Both the position numbers and the translations under genes were made by a program. From the NCBI RefSeq assembly GCF_001194135.2, contig NC_068994.1, positions 6,737,965 to 6,779,534 of the forward strand: a stretch of DNA of 41,570 bases. Direction: 5' to 3'. The notes below the pieces were generated by a model. It was not told the origin of the DNA. It did not search any database and saw nothing but the letters and a program-made list of their open reading frames with translations. Positions 10,104 through 22,501 of this stretch are shown one piece after another; the stretch's first letter is position 1; the number at the start of each line of letters is the position of its first letter. This DNA comes from Octopus bimaculoides. Its lineage: Eukaryota.

Positions 10104-10498
10104 GGCAGAAGGCCTGAAATTTGGGGGGGGGGAGATAGTCGATTCCATCAACCCCAGTACTCAACTGGTACTTAATTTATCGACCCCGAAAGGATGAAAG
10201 GCAAAGTCGACCTTGGCGGAATTTGAACTCAGAACGTGCAGACGGACGAAATACCACAAAGCATTTCGTGCGGTGTGCTAATGATTCTACTAGTTATAAT
10301 AATGATAATAATAATCCTTTCTACACTAGGCACAAGGCCTGAAATTTGGGCGAGGGGGACAAGTCGATTACATTGAACCCAGTGTATCACTGGTACTTAA
10401 TTTATCGACTCTGAAAGGACGAAAGGCAAAGTCGACCTTGTCGGAATTTGAATCCAGGACGTGAGGACGGGTGAAATGTCGTTAGGCATTTCGTCCAG
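10104..10498 (-). mobile_element. two tandem SINE family A copies (10104-10293, 10315-10498)
   Basis: Both carry ctggtacttaatttatcgac..gaaagga(t/c)gaaaggcaaagtcgacctt; separated by (TAA)n. Confidence 0.85.
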
Positions 10499-10790
10499 AA
10501 GAGTTGTACGAGACCCCTAAGTCATCTGGAGGCCGTGGGTTGAAACCGATGGCGATTTTATTGAATAAATTTACTCCTTCGTATTTCAAGATGTAATCTT
10601 GTAAATATATCTGTTAAAATAAGATGTCAGTGTTATTTTGATTTTTGTGTAATTTACACGACAATTTATTCACCGCACCCTGTATGTATGTACGTATGTA
10701 TGTATGTATGTATGTATGTATGTATGTATGTATATTATGAGTGGTTGCGTGTTATATCCATCCAAAAGATACGAATATCTTAATGCTTAC

Positions 10791-10910
10791 TGTTATCATC
10801 ATCTCCATTTTGTTTCCCTCTGATCGGGCTTTGAGGTTGAGCACTATTCTCTTGCTCTGAAGTCAGGAATTGGGATTGTGGCTGCTTGGTCTCTCGGTTG
10901 TTGTCGTTAG
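10791..10910 (-). CDS. whirlin/PDZD7-like gene, low-complexity exon
   Basis: Strong acceptor ttttctttcttctacatag|, donor |gtaagc, 120 nt, phase 1 to 1. Encodes NDNNRETKQPQSQFLTSEQENSAQPQSPIRGKQNGDDDN. Confidence 0.8.
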
Positions 10911-10949
10911 CTATGTAGAAGAAAGAAAATCATGTAAGAAGAAGATCAG

Positions 10950-10981
<32 letters not shown>

Positions 10982-12096
10982 NNNNNNNNNNNNNNNNNNN
11001 NNNNNNNNNNNNNNNNNNNNNNNNNNNNNNNNNNNNNNNNNNNNNNNNNNNNNNNNNNNNNNNNNNNNNNNNNNNNNNNNNNNNNNNNNNNNNNNNNNNN
11101 NNNNNNNNNNNNNNNNNNNNNNNNNNNNNNNNNNNNNNNNNNNNNNNNNNNNNNNNNNNNNNNNNNNNNNNNNNNNNNNNNNNNNNNNNNNNNNNNNNNN
11201 NNNNNNNNNNNNNNNNNNNNNNNNNNNNNNNNNNNNNNNNNNNNNNNNNNNNNNNNNNNNNNNNNNNNNNNNNNNNNNNNNNNNNNNNNNNNNNNNNNNN
11301 NNNNNNNNNNNNNNNNNNNNNNNNNNNNNNNNNNNNNNNNNNNNNNNNNNNNNNNNNNNNNNNNNNNNNNNNNNNNNNNNNNNNNNNNNNNNNNNNNNNN
11401 NNNNNNNNNNNNNNNNNNNNNNNNNNNNNNNNNNNNNNNNNNNNNNNNNNNNNNNNNNNNNNNNNNNNNNNNNNNNNNNNNNNNNNNNNNNNNNNNNNNN
11501 NNNNNNNNNNNNNNNNNNNNNNNNNNNNNNNNNNNNNNNNNNNNNNNNNNNNNNNNNNNNNNNNNNNNNNNNNNNNNNNNNNNNNNNNNNNNNNNNNNNN
11601 NNNNNNNNNNNNNNNNNNNNNNNNNNNNNNNNNNNNNNNNNNNNNNNNNNNNNNNNNNNNNNNNNNNNNNNNNNNNNNNNNNNNNNNNNNNNNNNNNNNN
11701 NNNNNNNNNNNNNNNTATATATATATATAGAGAGAGAGATAGAAAGGGAGGAGAGAGACAGAAAGACAACATATTTTATATATACATATATTCGTGTGAG
11801 TGAGCTAGTATGTGTATATGTTTGAATGTGTGTGTGTTTGTGCTCGTGTATGTGAGTATTTTCCTTGCGTGTGTGTCGTGTCTGAGTGTGTTTGTGTGTG
11901 TGTACGTTCGTGCGTGCGTGTGTGTACATATACGTTTCTGTTTATGAGAAGAAAAGATTGATGGTTTTTTACATATCACGTCCAAATTCAAAATTGAATC
12001 ACAAGCGAAACACTTAAAGAACTACCGTTTACATTCTCTGACTTTTTTTAACGAGTTCTTAGTGGTGTGGGTGCTAGATAACATTATTCAACTCAC

Positions 12097-12226
12097 CATT
12101 GTCGTCATCAGAATCGTTGTCATCACTTATCCAATTGAGACGAAACAGAGACGATGTCACTGGAACTTCATTGATTTTTTCTTCGTCGATATTTTCTTCG
12201 TCTCCGTAACTATCCATCTTGACTTT
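12097..12226 (-). CDS. whirlin/PDZD7-like gene, acidic exon
   Basis: Acceptor ctgttaaatgtcgtcag|, donor G|gtgagt, 130 nt, phase 0 to 1. Encodes KVKMDSYGDEENIDEEKINEVPVTSSLFRLNWISDDNDSDDDN. Confidence 0.75.
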
Positions 12227-12344
12227 CTGACGACATTTAACAGAGACGATTTAACCTATTGCTAATCTTCTCCTTGGTACGTACGTATGCGAAAACAAAT
12301 GCTGAGTTAATTAGAAAAAGAGAGATCGGTACAAAAATAGACAG

Positions 12345-12363
12345 ATAGATAAAATAGACAGAC

Positions 12364-12414
<51 letters not shown>

Positions 12415-12570
12415 AAAATAGTTAGTTAGATAGATAGATAGATAGATAGATAGACAGGCAAACAGTTAGGAGATAGATAAAGAGATAGATAGAAAGAAAG
12501 GTAGATAGGTAGGTAGAATAGTAGCTAGACAGATAGATAAATAGATAGACAGACAGATGGGTAGATAGGT
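12345..12570. repeat. (GATA)n compound microsatellite
   Basis: Directly visible. Confidence 0.95.
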
Positions 12571-13404
12571 CTACATTAACACATTCACAAACATGCATGC
12601 ACGCACACATAAATCCAGGCATACATTCATACATACACGCCTACATGAATATATTCATGCATACACATTTACATGCATTCACACGTATATACATATATAC
12701 ACGCAGATACACATATACATATCGAAAAACAAAAGATATTAGTACATACATTGGTATGAAGTGTTCCATACGACGAAAGCAAACGACAGCCATGTATGAA
12801 AATGGCGCCAAGTAGTGGGCGACGCTGACAGTTTAGACCTGTGAAACAATGAGTTTGTAAGTAATTAGTGGTTCACTTCTAGGACGGTCATTGTTAAACA
12901 ATGGAGACAAACCTAATGATACACAATGACTATTTGCTAGCGAGAACGGTAGGTGTCTGTCACCTTGTTAAAGCGAAAATAACTAAAACACCTATCTATC
13001 TATCTATCTATTTGTCGACTTTCTTGTCTGTCTCGCTGTATATCTATCGATATGTCTATCTAATTAGTTGGTTGCCGACCTAAATATCACAGCTTATTGC
13101 ACATATAGGTCTTTACGGGCCAGTAGGAAAAGCCGAGGCAGTTGAGCAACAAAATAAATTCTTTGCAGCATTTACTTATAGTTTTGCGCTCAGTTTACAG
13201 TATATTCAGTCTGAACATACATCGCTTCAAGCTTCCATTCAGTTGATAAATATATTTCTGTTTGTGTTCATTCGAAGAAAAAAAATCCCGATTTATATTA
13301 TCTCTATCTTGGAGATAAATTTGTAACAATTTGAATGCACCATATAAAAGACAGGAAGAAAAATAATTATTTGATATGGTATTTATTTTATTGTCACAAT
13401 TTAC

Positions 13405-13496
13405 ACAAATTGGCAAACTTCTTCGAGTCGTTGTGCACAGATTATTTGCAGTTCTGTTATCCATTCTGTAGGTGGTTAAACTCAGTTCTGTGACTG
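13405..13496 (-). CDS. putative upstream exon of the whirlin/PDZD7-like gene
   Basis: About 40-nt polypyrimidine tract plus ccag| acceptor, donor |gtaaat (moderate), 92 nt, phase 1 to 0. Encodes VTELSLTTYRMDNRTANNLCTTTRRSLPIC. Confidence 0.55.
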
Positions 13497-13525
13497 CTGG
13501 AAGAACAGATGAAAGAAGAAGAGGA

Positions 13526-13730
13526 AAAGAGTAAAAGAAATTACCTTTCTCCTTTCAAGTAGAGAGTATGAAAGTCGTATAGTCCCGCACGTGAGCCATG
13601 CGTGAAAGAGGCGAAAAAAGAAAAAAAGAAAGAAAAGAAAAGTGGAACTAAATTCAGTTCGTTACTGCGAGTTGTACAGCTTTCATCCACTCTACTTGCC
13701 TACACAAATAGGTAAATTCTTGTACTCTTT
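13526..13730. mobile_element. foldback/MITE with long imperfect terminal inverted repeats
   Basis: aaagagtaaaagaaattacc...caagtagagagtatgaaagtcgtatagtcccgca versus tgcgagttgtacagctttcatccactctacttg...ggtaaattcttgtactcttt. Confidence 0.65.
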
Positions 13731-13891
13731 CTCTCTCTTTCAATCCGTTTTCCTAGCAGCCATAGAACTGAATTTATACAAGTTGGAAAACTGGATGTGG
13801 GTCGGAGAACAATGGGAAGTAATGAGTTTATCTCTCTTGAACCGTATTTAACCTAAGAATGTTCATTTAAATAATAGAACTTATCTAAATC

Positions 13892-14305
13892 TACCGTATA
13901 TACTCGGCTATAAGTCGTACTTTTTTTCCCCTGAAATATGGAGGTACGACTTTTAAGCACGTCTTATAAAAAGATCTTCAGATATTTTCTAGGTACAAGC
14001 CACGTCTGAAGTTCCGACGCTTGGAATAAGAGACAAGGATAAAATTTTATATTATAAACAACGGTTTCTAAAATGCATGGACTTAATGTGATAACAGTTG
14101 TTTTAAGACATATTCAGTTTACTGAAAGCTCGGTTACCGAACAACAACAATGTCGGCGCGATTATGAATCGAACTTTGCTCTCCAGCATAAAAAAACGTA
14201 GCTGCGACTTATAATCGGGTTCATGATAAAATTCCCGATTTGAACCTTGTAAGTCGGAGGTGCGTCTCATGGGCGAAGGCATTTTATAGTCGGGTATATA
14301 CGGGA
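13892..14305. mobile_element. pogo/Tigger-like MITE
   Basis: TIRs taccgtatatactcggctataa and ttatagtcgggtatatacggga (19/22 complementary), TA at the left end. Confidence 0.8.
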
Positions 14306-14669
14306 AGTTTGACAGTTGACGCTCATAAGTTTTCGAATGCTAAAGCCGAGAACAATAGAAAGGATTTTGTAGAAAAATCTAGGCTAAGGTTTCGATCGCT
14401 GGCTAAGAATCCAGGAAACGATTTGTTTCGTCTTTGTCAGGCATGTGATTTGATGTGAGACTGTGTTGAAACTAAAACAATTACGGTTTGGAAGACACAT
14501 TAATAACCATTCAAAATATATGTATATATACTTGTATAGATGTGTATGTATGTGTGTCTATGTATATATGTATAAATGTATGTATGCCTGTATATATATA
14601 TATATATATATATACATATACACACGCGCGCGCACACACACGCACTTAAACACACACATATATGTCCGT

Positions 14670-14701
<32 letters not shown>

Positions 14702-14960
14702 ATTCATATGTGAATGTATGTACATATGCATATACACACACGCGTACTAAATGTTTACGTACAGATCCGCTTACTCATAACATATACACAAAACCGATTT
14801 TGAAGAAGAAAGTTAGAGCCAAGTAACACCATCTGGTGAACGACTCTCTCTATCTCCAACAACTACAAACAACAATAACAACAGCAACAACATAAACAAC
14901 TCTATGGCTAGTCACGTGGTAAATCTATTCCTCCACTACCCAGCGCCCCTACCTACATAC

Positions 14961-15178
14961 ACGTAAATCTCTGCCAGAGTAGATCAAGAACAAAATCGTT
15001 GAATAATGTCCGTAGTCTTAGTTTGGTCGCACCTGGGATTCCAGCGGGAATGTTTAATGCCGGTTGCTTCTGACAGGGCCCTACGGAGGAAGAATGTGTC
15101 TGAGAGTCTTTAGGCACCTTCATGTCCCTCTCAGGAATAGATAGCAGCGAAAATGGATGGAACCGATCTTGTCTGACG
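14961..15178 (-). CDS. putative upstream exon of the whirlin/PDZD7-like gene
   Basis: Acceptor aaactttacag|, donor |gtatgt, 218 nt, phase 2 to 1, open: VRQDRFHPFSLLSIPERDMK...LRTLFNDFVLDLLWQRFT; phase fits 13405-13496. Confidence 0.65.
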
Positions 15179-15307
15179 CTGTAAAGTTTATTACTGTTAA
15201 CTATTGTGTAGGCAGTGTACGGTGGTCGTAGTTGCGGTGGGAGTAGGCAGAAGCAATAATTCGTCGTCATTTCCCTTTTTTATACCCATATAACCGATGG
15301 TATCTCT

Positions 15308-15343
<36 letters not shown>

Positions 15344-15347
15344 TATT

Positions 15348-15378
<31 letters not shown>

Positions 15379-15592
15379 CCATCTCTCCCTCTTCTCCTCC
15401 TTTTATGTCATCTCCCCCACCATAGTTTTAACCATATCATCCTTCGAAATTAAACAATAAACGATATTAACTGCTGCTATTAACCTAGAAACACTATGGA
15501 GAATCATTAACTTTCGAGGAGATTTATATATACACATCTTCAGTTGCCTGCCTAGACAACCAATGAATCCACGCCCAACTATATACAGACAC

Positions 15593-15632
<40 letters not shown>

Positions 15633-15789
15633 NNNNNNNNNNNNNNNNNNNNNNNNNNNNNNNNNNNNNNNNNNNNNNNNNNNNNNNNNNNNNNNNNNNN
15701 NNNNNNNNNNNNNNNNNNNNNNNNNNNNNNNNNNNNNNNNNNNNNNNNNNNNNNNNNNNNNNNNNNNNNNNNNNNNNNNNNNNNNNNNN

Positions 15790-15820
<31 letters not shown>

Positions 15821-15825
<5 letters not shown>

Positions 15826-15935
15826 ACTACTTTCAGTTTCCGTCAACTAAATCCATTCAAAAGGCTTTGATCGGCCCGTGGTTGCAGTGGAAGACTTGTA
15901 AAGATACCATGCAGTGGGACTGAACTAGGAACCAT
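15821..15935 (-). mobile_element. SINE family B, 5' half fragment
   Basis: tttcagtttccgtcaactaaatccattcaaaaggctttgatcggccc...gtgggactgaac. Confidence 0.75.
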
Positions 15936-15992
15936 ATACATAGTGTATATAGGTTTCTCTCTCTATCTATCTATCCCCATACATACATGTAC

Positions 15993-16039
<47 letters not shown>

Positions 16040-16428
16040 AGCCAGTATACACACATACACGCACACACGTTAATATATGAGACATATGTTTCGTCATGTC
16101 TGTTTTAGTACACTACTTGAAAAGCTTTTAACCAATTTTATATCAAGTCACTCATACATTTCAACATCTTATCAGTTTACTAGAGACAGTTGATGTATTA
16201 ATGTCTCTGAGCACGTTGTTAAACCAGATACGTATTTAACGCCTGGTCCGGAAGAGAGGTCAAGACAAAAGCAGACGTACTGTGATATTACATAGCTGCA
16301 TTTTCCACTCGTATAAAATATTTCGATGCATCGAACGTGTTTCGATATTCACCAGTAACTTTCTTTTTTTATCTACTTACATATAACTGGCAAAACACAT
16401 ACCTTGATTATTTGTGTTCGATATTGTT

Positions 16429-16470
<42 letters not shown>

Positions 16471-16684
16471 TTTCTTTGTACTATAGGTACAAGGCCTGAC
16501 ATTGTTAGGAAGGGGAATAGTCAATTACATTAACCCCAGTGTTTCACTGGTACTTAATTTATCGACCCCCGAACGGATGAAAGGCAAAGACGACCTCGGC
16601 GGAATTTGAACTCAGAACGTAAAGGCTGACGAAATGCTGCTAAGCATTTCGCCCGGTGCGGTAACGATTCTGCCAGCTCGACGC
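16471..16684 (-). mobile_element. SINE family A flanked by (AAT)n and (GAT)n
   Basis: Family A consensus; trinucleotide arrays on both sides. Confidence 0.85.
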
Positions 16685-16696
16685 TCTATATAAATA

Positions 16697-16737
<41 letters not shown>

Positions 16738-17010
16738 AATGATAATAATGATAATAATAATAATAATAATTGATGAAGGAAACAGAAGATAGATTTAGCA
16801 TTAGTCTTTATTCAGCTCGACGATCGTTTCGACCCATCTTGCAACTGTTCATTATGGGTAGGCTATTCTGCGTCTAATTGTGTTGCATCAGTCCCTGCAG
16901 TTTGTGTCACGTCAGGTGCATGCATAAAGAAGGGGCTGTTCTCTACTAGCCATGCTGCTCATGCCCGCTGTATTAATTACATAATATATATATATATATA
17001 TGTCACTACT

Positions 17011-17043
<33 letters not shown>

Positions 17044-17075
17044 TGTTACTCGTTCTTCGCCTCTCACCGTTACTA

Positions 17076-17114
<39 letters not shown>

Positions 17115-18902
17115 CTCTCGTTGCTCACTTTTATTCTACTTCCTCCCCTCCTTTTCCCTCTGCTACTCTTTCTCTTCATACAGCCTTGGTCACGTGTGTC
17201 CGGCTGCTATTTCTTTTCGTTCTTGGAATCACCAAACTCGCACGTACTTCTTTGCCCCTCCTGTCCGTGCTTCACAGCGTTCAAGACATACACACTTCAC
17301 GTCTGGCTGTACAGCCTTTTTGTTTGTTTATTTCANNNNNNNNNNNNNNNNNNNNNNNNNNNNNNNNNNNNNNNNNNNNNNNNNNNNNNNNNNNNNNNNN
17401 NNNNNNNNNNNNNNNNNNNNNNNNNNNNNNNNNNNNNNNNNNNNNNNNNNNNNNNNNNNNNNNNNNNNNNNNNNNNNNNNNNNNNNNNNNNNNNNNNNNN
17501 NNNNNNNNNNNNNNNNNNNNNNNNNNNNNNNNNNNNNNNNNNNNNNNNNNNNNNNNNNNNNNNNNNNNNNNNNNNNNNNNNNNNNNNNNNNNNNNNNNNN
17601 NNNNNNNNNNNNNNNNNNNNNNNNNNNNNNNNNNNNNNNNNNNNNNNNNNNNNNATGCATAAAGAAGGGGCTGTTCTCTACTAGCCATGCTGCTCATGCC
17701 CGCTGTATTAATTACATAATATATATATATATATATGCACATACGCACACACAAAAGTACTCGCGTGTGTGTGTGTATGTATGTATGTATGTATGTGTGT
17801 GTGAAGTGTTTTAAAAGGCTACATTGAAACGCAGAAATCAGGCGATCAAGACAATGTACATTCCGCATTTCTCCATCCGTTATATATATCAAGAAGAATT
17901 TGAATAACTGAAGTGTGGAAAGATAAGCAGATCAGATATTCTCAGTTGGATGATCTGATTATCTGCTGTAACATAACTTATTTTACGCGCGACAGGGGCG
18001 TTGAATATGATAGGATGTTCTTGGAAAAGGAGCGGATGTCATAACATGCACGCACACTACTAACACACCGTCGTATCGCTAACATCCGCACAAACCACAA
18101 ACTCACAGAGAAGGAGACATTATATAAAGGTTCAAGATAGATGTATAAAGTATTCGTTGCAAATATACACTCAAGCATACAGACAGGCGGATATATATAT
18201 ATATATANNNNNNNNNNNNNNNNNNNNNNNNNNNNNNNNNNNNNNNNNNNNNNNNNNNNNNNNNNNNNNNNNNNNNNNNNNNNNNNNNNNNNNNNNNNNN
18301 NNNNNNNNNNNNNNNNNNNNNNNNNNNNNNNNNNNNNNNNNNNNNNNNNNNNNNNNNNNNNNNNNNNNNNNNNNNNNNNNNNNNNNNNNNNNNNNNNNNN
18401 NNNNNNNNNNNNNNNNNNNNNNNNNNNNNNNNNNNNNNNNNNNNNNNNNNNNNNNNNNNNNNNNNNNNNNNNNNNNNNNNNNNNNNNNNNNNNNNNNNNN
18501 NNNNNNNNNNNNNNNNNNNNNNNNNNNNNNNNNNNNNNNNNNNNNNNNNNNNNNNNNNNNNNNNNNNNNNNNNNNNNNNNNNNNNNNNNNNNNNNNNNNN
18601 NNNNNNNNNNNNNNNNNNNNNNNNNNNNNNNNNNNNNNNNNNNNNNNNNNNNNNNNNNNNNNNNNNNNNNNNNNNNNNNNNNNNNNNNNNNNNNNNNNNN
18701 NNNNNNNNNNNNNNNNNNNNNNNNNNNNNNNNNNNNNNNNNNNNNNNNNNNNNNNNNNNNNNNNNNNNNNNNNNNNNNNNNNNNNNNNNNNNNNNNNNNN
18801 NNNNNNNNNNNNNNNNNNNNNNNNNNNNNNNNNNNNNNNNNNNNNNNNNNNNNNNNNNNNNNNNNNNNNNNNNNNNNNNNNNNNNNNNNNNNNNNNNNNN
18901 NN

Positions 18903-18963
<61 letters not shown>

Positions 18964-19139
18964 GTATATATAGTTGAAATTTATAGAAAAACAAAAGACG
19001 AACACAGGTGTATGAACAACAAGCAAGGGAAAAATTAAAAAGACTATTACGTTTCGAGCCTACGCTCTTCAGCAGAAAGGAATAAGAGAAAATAATAATA
19101 AAAAAAACTTGTAGATTTCAGCGGTCCAACATGGCGAAT

Positions 19140-19375
19140 ATATATATGTTTGTGTGTCTTCGTGTATGTGTTTGTCTCCGCTCCACCATCGCTTAACAAC
19201 CGATGTTGGTGTGCTTACGTCCCCGTAACTTAGCGGTTCGGGAACAGAAATACGATAGAACAAGTATTAGGCTTACAAAGATTAAGTCCCAGGATCGATT
19301 TCTTCGACTAGAAACCCCTTAAGGCGGTGCTCCAGCATGGCCGCAGTCATATGACTGAAACAGGAATAAAAGAAC
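19140..19375 (+). mobile_element. SINE family B, 3' half
   Basis: cgcttaacaaccgatgttggtg...gtccccgtaacttagcggttcgg...aggcggtgctccagcatggccgcagtcatatgactgaaac. Confidence 0.9.
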
Positions 19376-19730
19376 AAAAAGAACAAATGAATATATGCAG
19401 ATGTGCATTTTCAGCAGACATAACGAACTAATTACACAAAACACATAAATGCTTAAAGCAGCCGACATCTATAAAACTATCTTCTACTCAGCATCTACAA
19501 AAACTACCTCCTCTTCTCAACATCTATAAAACTATTAATTTCTATGAAGTCTATATTTATTGGCTGTAGCTATTTAGATGATATCTCCATCCAGCTACCT
19601 ACTTCGTGGAGAAGCAACTTATACCATGTAAACAGTTGAAATCTTGTAAAAACGCCGCCAGTCTATTGTAAGGTTTAGCTTTCAATAACAAATTACTACA
19701 TATTTATTTTGTATTCTGGAATCTCTATCT

Positions 19731-19771
19731 GTCTCCCCCCCTCTCTCTCTCTGTCTCTCTCTCTGTGTCTC

Positions 19772-19806
<35 letters not shown>

Positions 19807-19909
19807 GTCTCTCTCTCCCTCTCTGTGTCTCTGTCTCTCTGTGTGTCTCTCTCTCTCTGTCTCTCTGTCTCTCTCTGTCTCTCTCTCTCTCTCTGTCTCT
19901 GTCTCTCTG

Positions 19910-19940
<31 letters not shown>

Positions 19941-20096
19941 GTCTCTCTCTCTCTGTCTCTCTCTCTCTATGTCTCTCTCTCTCTCTCTGTCTCTCTCTCT
20001 CTCTCTGTGTCTCTCTCTCTGTGTCTCTGTGTCTCTGTCTCTCTCTCTCTCTGTCTCTGTCTCTCCCGCCCTCTCTGTCTCTCTCTCTCCCCCTCT

Positions 20097-20130
<34 letters not shown>

Positions 20131-20142
20131 NNNNNNNNNNNN

Positions 20143-20237
<95 letters not shown>

Positions 20238-20240
20238 TTC
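19731..20240. repeat. (CT)n/(CTGT)n compound microsatellite, about 500 bp
   Basis: Directly visible; source of SLSL ORFs. Confidence 0.95.
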
Positions 20241-20485
20241 TCTGCTTCTGGATTACATGAAATTTCGACGCAATGGTGGGCGAGTCTTCCTGACGTTGTT
20301 TTTGTCTTCGTTGTTGCCACCGCTGTTTCTGTTGATTTTGGTCTTGCTGCTTCTGTTAGTGATGTTGTTGTTGTTGTTGTTGTTACTGCTGCCGTTGTTG
20401 TTATTGTTGATCTGGTTGTTGTTGTTGTTGTTTCTGTTACTTTGTTTATGCTTTCTTATTATTATTGCGATTGCTGCTGCCTCAA

Positions 20486-20675
20486 GGCGTTGAGCTAACA
20501 AAAACCGTCGGAGCGTCGAACAAATTCTCTTACGGCATTTCTTTCGAAACTTCCTATTCTGAGTTGAGTTCATGTCGGGGATCAATTTTACCTATCTTCC
20601 CCCCGAGGTCGATAAAATAATATACCAGTTATGTACTGAGGTCGATAGTATCGACCAATTCCCCTCAAAATGGCG
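20486..20675 (+). mobile_element. old SINE family A-like copy
   Basis: cccgaggtcgataaaataatataccagttatgtactgaggtcgatagtatcgacc matches the family A core. Confidence 0.65.
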
Positions 20676-20707
20676 GTTGTTACCTTTTATAGTTATTGAA
20701 CTCCGGT

Positions 20708-21095
20708 TGTTACCGGTTTCAGTTATTGGACTCCGGCCATGCTGTAGCACCGCCTCGAAGGCTTTAGTCGAACAAATCGACACCAGTACTAACGTTTAAG
20801 TCTGATACTAATTGTATCGATCTCCCTAGCCGAACAGCTTAGTTACGGGGGCCTAAACAAACTAACATCGGTTGTGAACCGGTGTTGGGGAGACAAACAC
20901 ACATACACACATATATATACACACACATACACACGAGGGGCTTCCACACAGTTTCCATCTACCAAATTCTCTCGCAAGGGTCTGGTCAGTCCGGGGGTAT
21001 AACAGAAAACACTTACGCAAGATGCCGCACAGTGGTACTGAACCCGAGACCACGTAGTTACAAAGCAAGCCTCTTAACCACACATCCACGCTCGC
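20708..21095 (-). mobile_element. SINE family B, diverged full length
   Basis: ggactccggccatgctgtagcaccgcc tail, central (CA)n, head actgaacccgagaccacgtagttacaaagcaagcctcttaaccac. Confidence 0.85.
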
Positions 21096-21139
21096 GTCTA
21101 TGCTGTTACTTTTTCTGCTGTTGTTTTTGTTATTGTTAT

Positions 21140-21355
21140 TGTCATAGCTGTTTAACCCCAGGTCAACCATGACTGAGTAGACCTATGAGTAAAGGTATTC
21201 CAACCATGTCCACCCCGTTAAATTTCTATTATGTCGTAAACTCAGCACCACATTATCCAGAGCAAACGTTTTCTAAGAGAGTTGGGTGGAACTGGAGGGA
21301 GATTTAGCTGCCCTTTCTAACAGATTTAGTGAACACGTTTAGGCTCCCGCATTGC
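21140..21355 (-). mobile_element. dispersed repeat family D with (CAA)n tail, probably a SINE
   Basis: tttaaccccaggtcaaccatgactgagtagacctatg...ggagatttagctgcc..ttctaacag; homologous to 39309-39510, 5850-5905 and 31073-31480. Confidence 0.65.
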
Positions 21356-21439
21356 CTCATGTTGCTTTTCTGGTTGTTGTTGTTGTTGTTGCTTTTTGTT
21401 GTATTTTCTTCTTATTGTTCCTAACAGTTATTTTCTTCT

Positions 21440-21724
21440 GGAACTCCGTCGGCTACGACGAGGATTGTTTCAGTCGATCCTACCAACGGAGAAGCTCGCT
21501 CGTGAAATAAACACACAAGTGGCTGAGCAACCCACAGACATATGTACCCTTAACGTAGTTCTCAGAGAGATTCAGCGTGACACAGAATGTAACAAGGCTG
21601 GCCCTTTTGGAATACAGGCACAAATCGTTTTTGCCGGCTGAGTAGACTGGAACAACGTGAAATAAAGTATCGTGCTCGAGGACACAACGCGTCACCAGGA
21701 ATCGAACCCACGACCTTACGATTG
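21440..21724 (-). mobile_element. SINE family C1
   Basis: gtacccttaacgtagttctc..gattcagcgtgacacaga..ggacacaacgcgtcaccaggaatcgaaccc. Confidence 0.85.
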
Positions 21725-22182
21725 TCATCCGTTATTGTTGTTACTGCTGCTTCTGCTGTTACTCTTGTTATTTCCTCTGCTGTTTTAACCCCAGGTCAGT
21801 TTCGATCGAGCACCTAGCACGCTTTAGCGAATCCCACGGATTCCTTGCTCTCTACTCCTCTGTATACACAAGGCCTCCTCCCAGCCGATGCTTGCGCTGT
21901 GAACATCCGACACACAATACTTCATCTCATGGAATGCCGTGTGGCTGTCTGGGCATGTTATTACTATTCAAACTGCATCCCACACAGAATTTTGTAATTA
22001 AGGACGGTTGTAGTAGAGGCTGCCGTTATTTGTGTGTATGTGTGTTTGCGTGTGTACGTGTTTGCGTATGTATTTTACTTTCTATATATACATACACATA
22101 TATTTATGTGTGTATATATATATAAATATATGCATGCATGCATACATGTGTATGTGCGTGTGTACGTATATGTATGTGTGCA

Positions 22183-22271
<89 letters not shown>

Positions 22272-22501
22272 GTAATGCATACACATACGTATATTTATCC
22301 TTTATTTGCAATAGAAGCAGTATTCGATTAAAATAGCCATCTATGTACCATACTTAATGTGAATACATCGTTTAAACGCAAGTTTACAGTGGTATTTGCC
22401 CGGAGATAACAATTCTTATTTGCCGTGCTGTGTTTAAAAAACACAATATATATCGGAGGCAGACGAAAACTATCTCAGCATCAACTAGATGTATTTCCAC
22501 T

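Noticed and set aside
12227-12233. CTGACGA and similar heptamers at 12227, 16627 and 39562
   Set aside because: No stem II/GAAA/stem I context; they lie at an exon boundary, in a SINE and before an A-run.
14770-14860. Minus-strand donor (gtaagc) with an open hydrophobic frame
   Set aside because: No convincing acceptor; the upstream sequence runs into (TTG)n repeat.
16919-17735. Identical 80-bp segment on both sides of a gap (16919-17000 and 17656-17735)
   Set aside because: An exact duplicate starting right at a gap edge is most simply a scaffolding overlap artefact.
21830-22030. GC-richer stretch with an open minus frame (…GWEEALCIQRSREQGIRGIR*)
   Set aside because: No splice signals or recognisable domain; probably a repeat fragment I cannot classify.
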